Part shown: one piece after another, positions 17,505 to 19,412 of the stretch | How the letters are laid out: each line of letters opens with the position of its first letter | Numbering within the stretch: position 1 is the first letter of the stretch | Source of the DNA: Macrostomum lignano | Lineage: Eukaryota | Length of the DNA: 19,412 nt | Reading direction: 5' to 3' | Assembly (NCBI GenBank): GCA_002269645.1 | Contig: NIVC01004037.1 | Location: forward strand, 71,852 to 91,263 | Made by a program: the position numbers and the translations under genes | Notes under the pieces: model-generated | Database searches by the model: none | Seen by the model: the letters and a program-made list of their open reading frames with translations, nothing else | What the model was told of the DNA's origin: nothing

Positions 17505-18189
17505 TTTTAAAAAGTCTTTTAGTTTTCCTGACGTTAAAAAGCTTTAATTAAAAAAATTATACTTTATGAAAATTCGAACCAATTCGAACCAAACTGCATT
17601 TAGCAGTTCAGTTTGTTTACCTCTAGGCTAGCTCTCATCGTTTTGATAACACCAAATTTTGCACTTATATAATTCAACACTTTAAAATCCAAGCATAGAG
17701 TAAATCACACAAAGCAGTTATGACATAATCAGTTTCTCAGTCAGTCAGTATCAGTTAACAATATGGTTACGCAATTTAAATCAAGTCTGGTGCTACACTT
17801 CCACACTGCATTTTCAATTCAAGTCGGAGTTACAATTCAGTTATGATGCAATCTATTTCAGAATCAGAATTCAACCAGTCAGTTTTTTTTCTAGCATTCT
17901 TACAATGCATTTCAAGTCGAAAAGTTTGCTTGACCTTTGCAAAAAAGCATGTTTTTCGAATATTTAATGCCTTTAGCATCGAGCAATTTCTTAGCCACGA
18001 TGCATGTACAGTCACGGGAAAATTTCTGATCGAACAGTGCAAGTCTTATGAAAATCGGTTAAGCCATTTTTTCTGTAATCGATTACAAGCAAGCAAGCAA
18101 GATTTTCATTTTTAGTATATAGGACTAGCCAATTCCAACCCCCGTTGGGGCTTTCCGTCAGAACTCCTACCAAAGTTTTCCCACGCAAA

Positions 18190-19182
18190 AGAAATTCACC
18201 CAACTCAACCCCCCATCCAAAGAATCTCTAATCCATAAAGTCCCTGATGCAAATAATCTCACATGCAAAAAACCCTCATCCAAAGAATCCCATACAAAGA
18301 ACCCCCCATCGACAGAATCCCCGATCCGAAGAATTCCCCATTCAAGGTGCCTCTATCTGTAGAATTCCCTATTTAATGAGTCGCCCATCCATAGAATCTG
18401 ACATGCAAAGAATACCAATCCTTCCCGTCCCATCCCCATCCCATCCCATTGATAGAATCCCCGATCCGAAGAATGAATCCTCCCATCTGAAGAATTCCCC
18501 GTCCAATGAATCCCTTATTACAGAAATAAGTCCGTTGGGGCTTTCCGTCCAAACTCCAATCACAGTTTTCCCTATCCACAAAATCTCCGATGCAAAGAAT
18601 CTCACATGCAAAGAATCCTTTATCCAAAGAACCCCCATCGATTGAATCACCGATCCGAAGAATTCCCCTTTCAAGGAATCCTCCCATCTGAAGAATTCCC
18701 CATCCAATGAATCCCCTACTCAATAAATCCTCATCCACAGAATTCCCATCCAAAGAATCCTCCATCCATCCATATCCAAAGAATCCACCCAAATAATTCA
18801 TATCATAATCCCCATCCACAAAATCCCCATCCAAAGAAACCAAAGAATCTCCCATCCAAATAATCCTCCTATCAATAGAATTCTTGGCCAAAGAATTTCC
18901 TCATCTAAAGAACCCCGTCCAAATAATCCCCATACAAAGAATCCAAAGAATCTCCCATCCAAATAATTCCCCTATCAATAGAATTCTTGGCCAAGAATCC
19001 CTCATCTAAAAAACCCCCGTCCAAATATCCCCCATCAAAAGAATCCTTTATCTAAAGAATCCCCCGATTCAAAAAATCCTCCATCGAAACAATGCCCCAT
19101 CGAAGGAATTCCTCAATGAATCAAAGATATACATTAAAAGCATCCCTCATCCAAAGAATCATCAATCCATAGAATTTCCCCC
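18190..19182. repeat. Degenerate ~15 bp satellite (CCCCATCCAAAGAAT-like) with higher-order duplications
   Basis: The motif recurs throughout. Higher-order pairs: CCGTTGGGGCTTTCCGTC at about 18142 and 18532; a ~100 bp block at about 18841 and 18944. Confidence 0.9.
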
Positions 19183-19412
19183 AAGGCTTAACATCTCAGC
19201 CGTTCCCCCAAGCCTCGACACCTCAGAAATTTCCCCCAAGCATTGACATCTCAGCAATTCCGGCGCAAGCCTTGACATCTTACCAATTTCTCCCCGTCCA
19301 AAGCCTTGACTTCTCAGTAATTCCCCTCCCCAAGCCTTGACATATCAGTAATTCCCCCAGTAAGCCTTCATATCTCAGTAATTCCTCCAGTAAGTCTGAC
19401 ATCTTAGCAATT
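19183..19412. repeat. Tandem array of a 27-34 bp unit (AAGCCTTGACATCTCAG.AATTCCCC), about 8 copies
   Basis: Units start at about 19183, 19210, 19238, 19267, 19301, 19332, 19362 and 19392. The same unit occurs in 16310-16990. Confidence 0.9.

Larger units (their letters stand above)
16212..17520 (-). mobile_element. Putative non-autonomous Helitron-like element 1, containing about 2.5-3 tandem copies of a ~450 bp composite unit
   Basis: Minus strand: hairpin GCTCCCC-AAC-GGGGGGC (16240-16224), 8 nt, CTAG (16215-16212), then T. Unit copies start at about 16223, 16667 and 17139, and share blocks such as GACATCGTAG..ATTCCCAAATGAATCT.TTAACTTCGACATGA (about 16586 and 17035). The 5' end is not located, so the right boundary is approximate. 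Confidence 0.55.
18125..19412 (-). mobile_element. Putative non-autonomous Helitron-like element 2 (runs off the window), filled with tandem repeats
   Basis: Minus strand: hairpin AAGCCCC-AAC-GGGGGTT (18153-18137), 8 nt, CTAG (18128-18125), then T, the same geometry as element 1. Shares the AAGCCTTGACATCTCAG.AATTCCCC sub-repeat with element 1. Confidence 0.55.

Noticed and set aside
18247-18891. ORFs 18247..18645, 18369..18707 and 18373..18891
   Set aside because: Translations of the CCCCATCCAAAGAAT satellite.
1-19412. tRNA, rRNA, spliced-leader RNA gene, or autonomous transposase/RT/RepHel ORF
   Set aside because: None recognised by eye on either strand. tRNAscan-SE, Infernal and HMM searches would be needed to exclude them formally.

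Overview
Eukaryotic (animal) genomic DNA, not prokaryotic: GC-rich exons with GT-AG splice sites lie in AT-rich, repeat-dense intergenic DNA. The style is compatible with a free-living flatworm such as Macrostomum, but that is only an inference. Contents: (1) the 3' part of a Notch-like receptor gene on + (3 complete EGF repeats, 3 LNR, NOD/NODP, TM). It is split by three apparent single-base deletions, and I see no RAM motif at the usual position and no ankyrin repeats in the window. (2) An intact, intronless M13/neprilysin-family zinc metallopeptidase on -. (3) Two paralogous C-type lectin genes on -: one orphan CTLD exon, and one intronless signal peptide-PAN/apple-CTLD gene with two apparent single-base deletions. 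(4) Several minisatellites and a diverged two-copy interspersed repeat. (5) Two related repeat-filled blocks, each bounded by a Helitron-type 3' end (hairpin + CTAG|T) on the minus strand; one carries degenerate (CCCTAA)n tracts. I found no demonstrably new multi-gene system. The most unusual items are the architecture of the Notch-like receptor and the Helitron-like satellite carriers.
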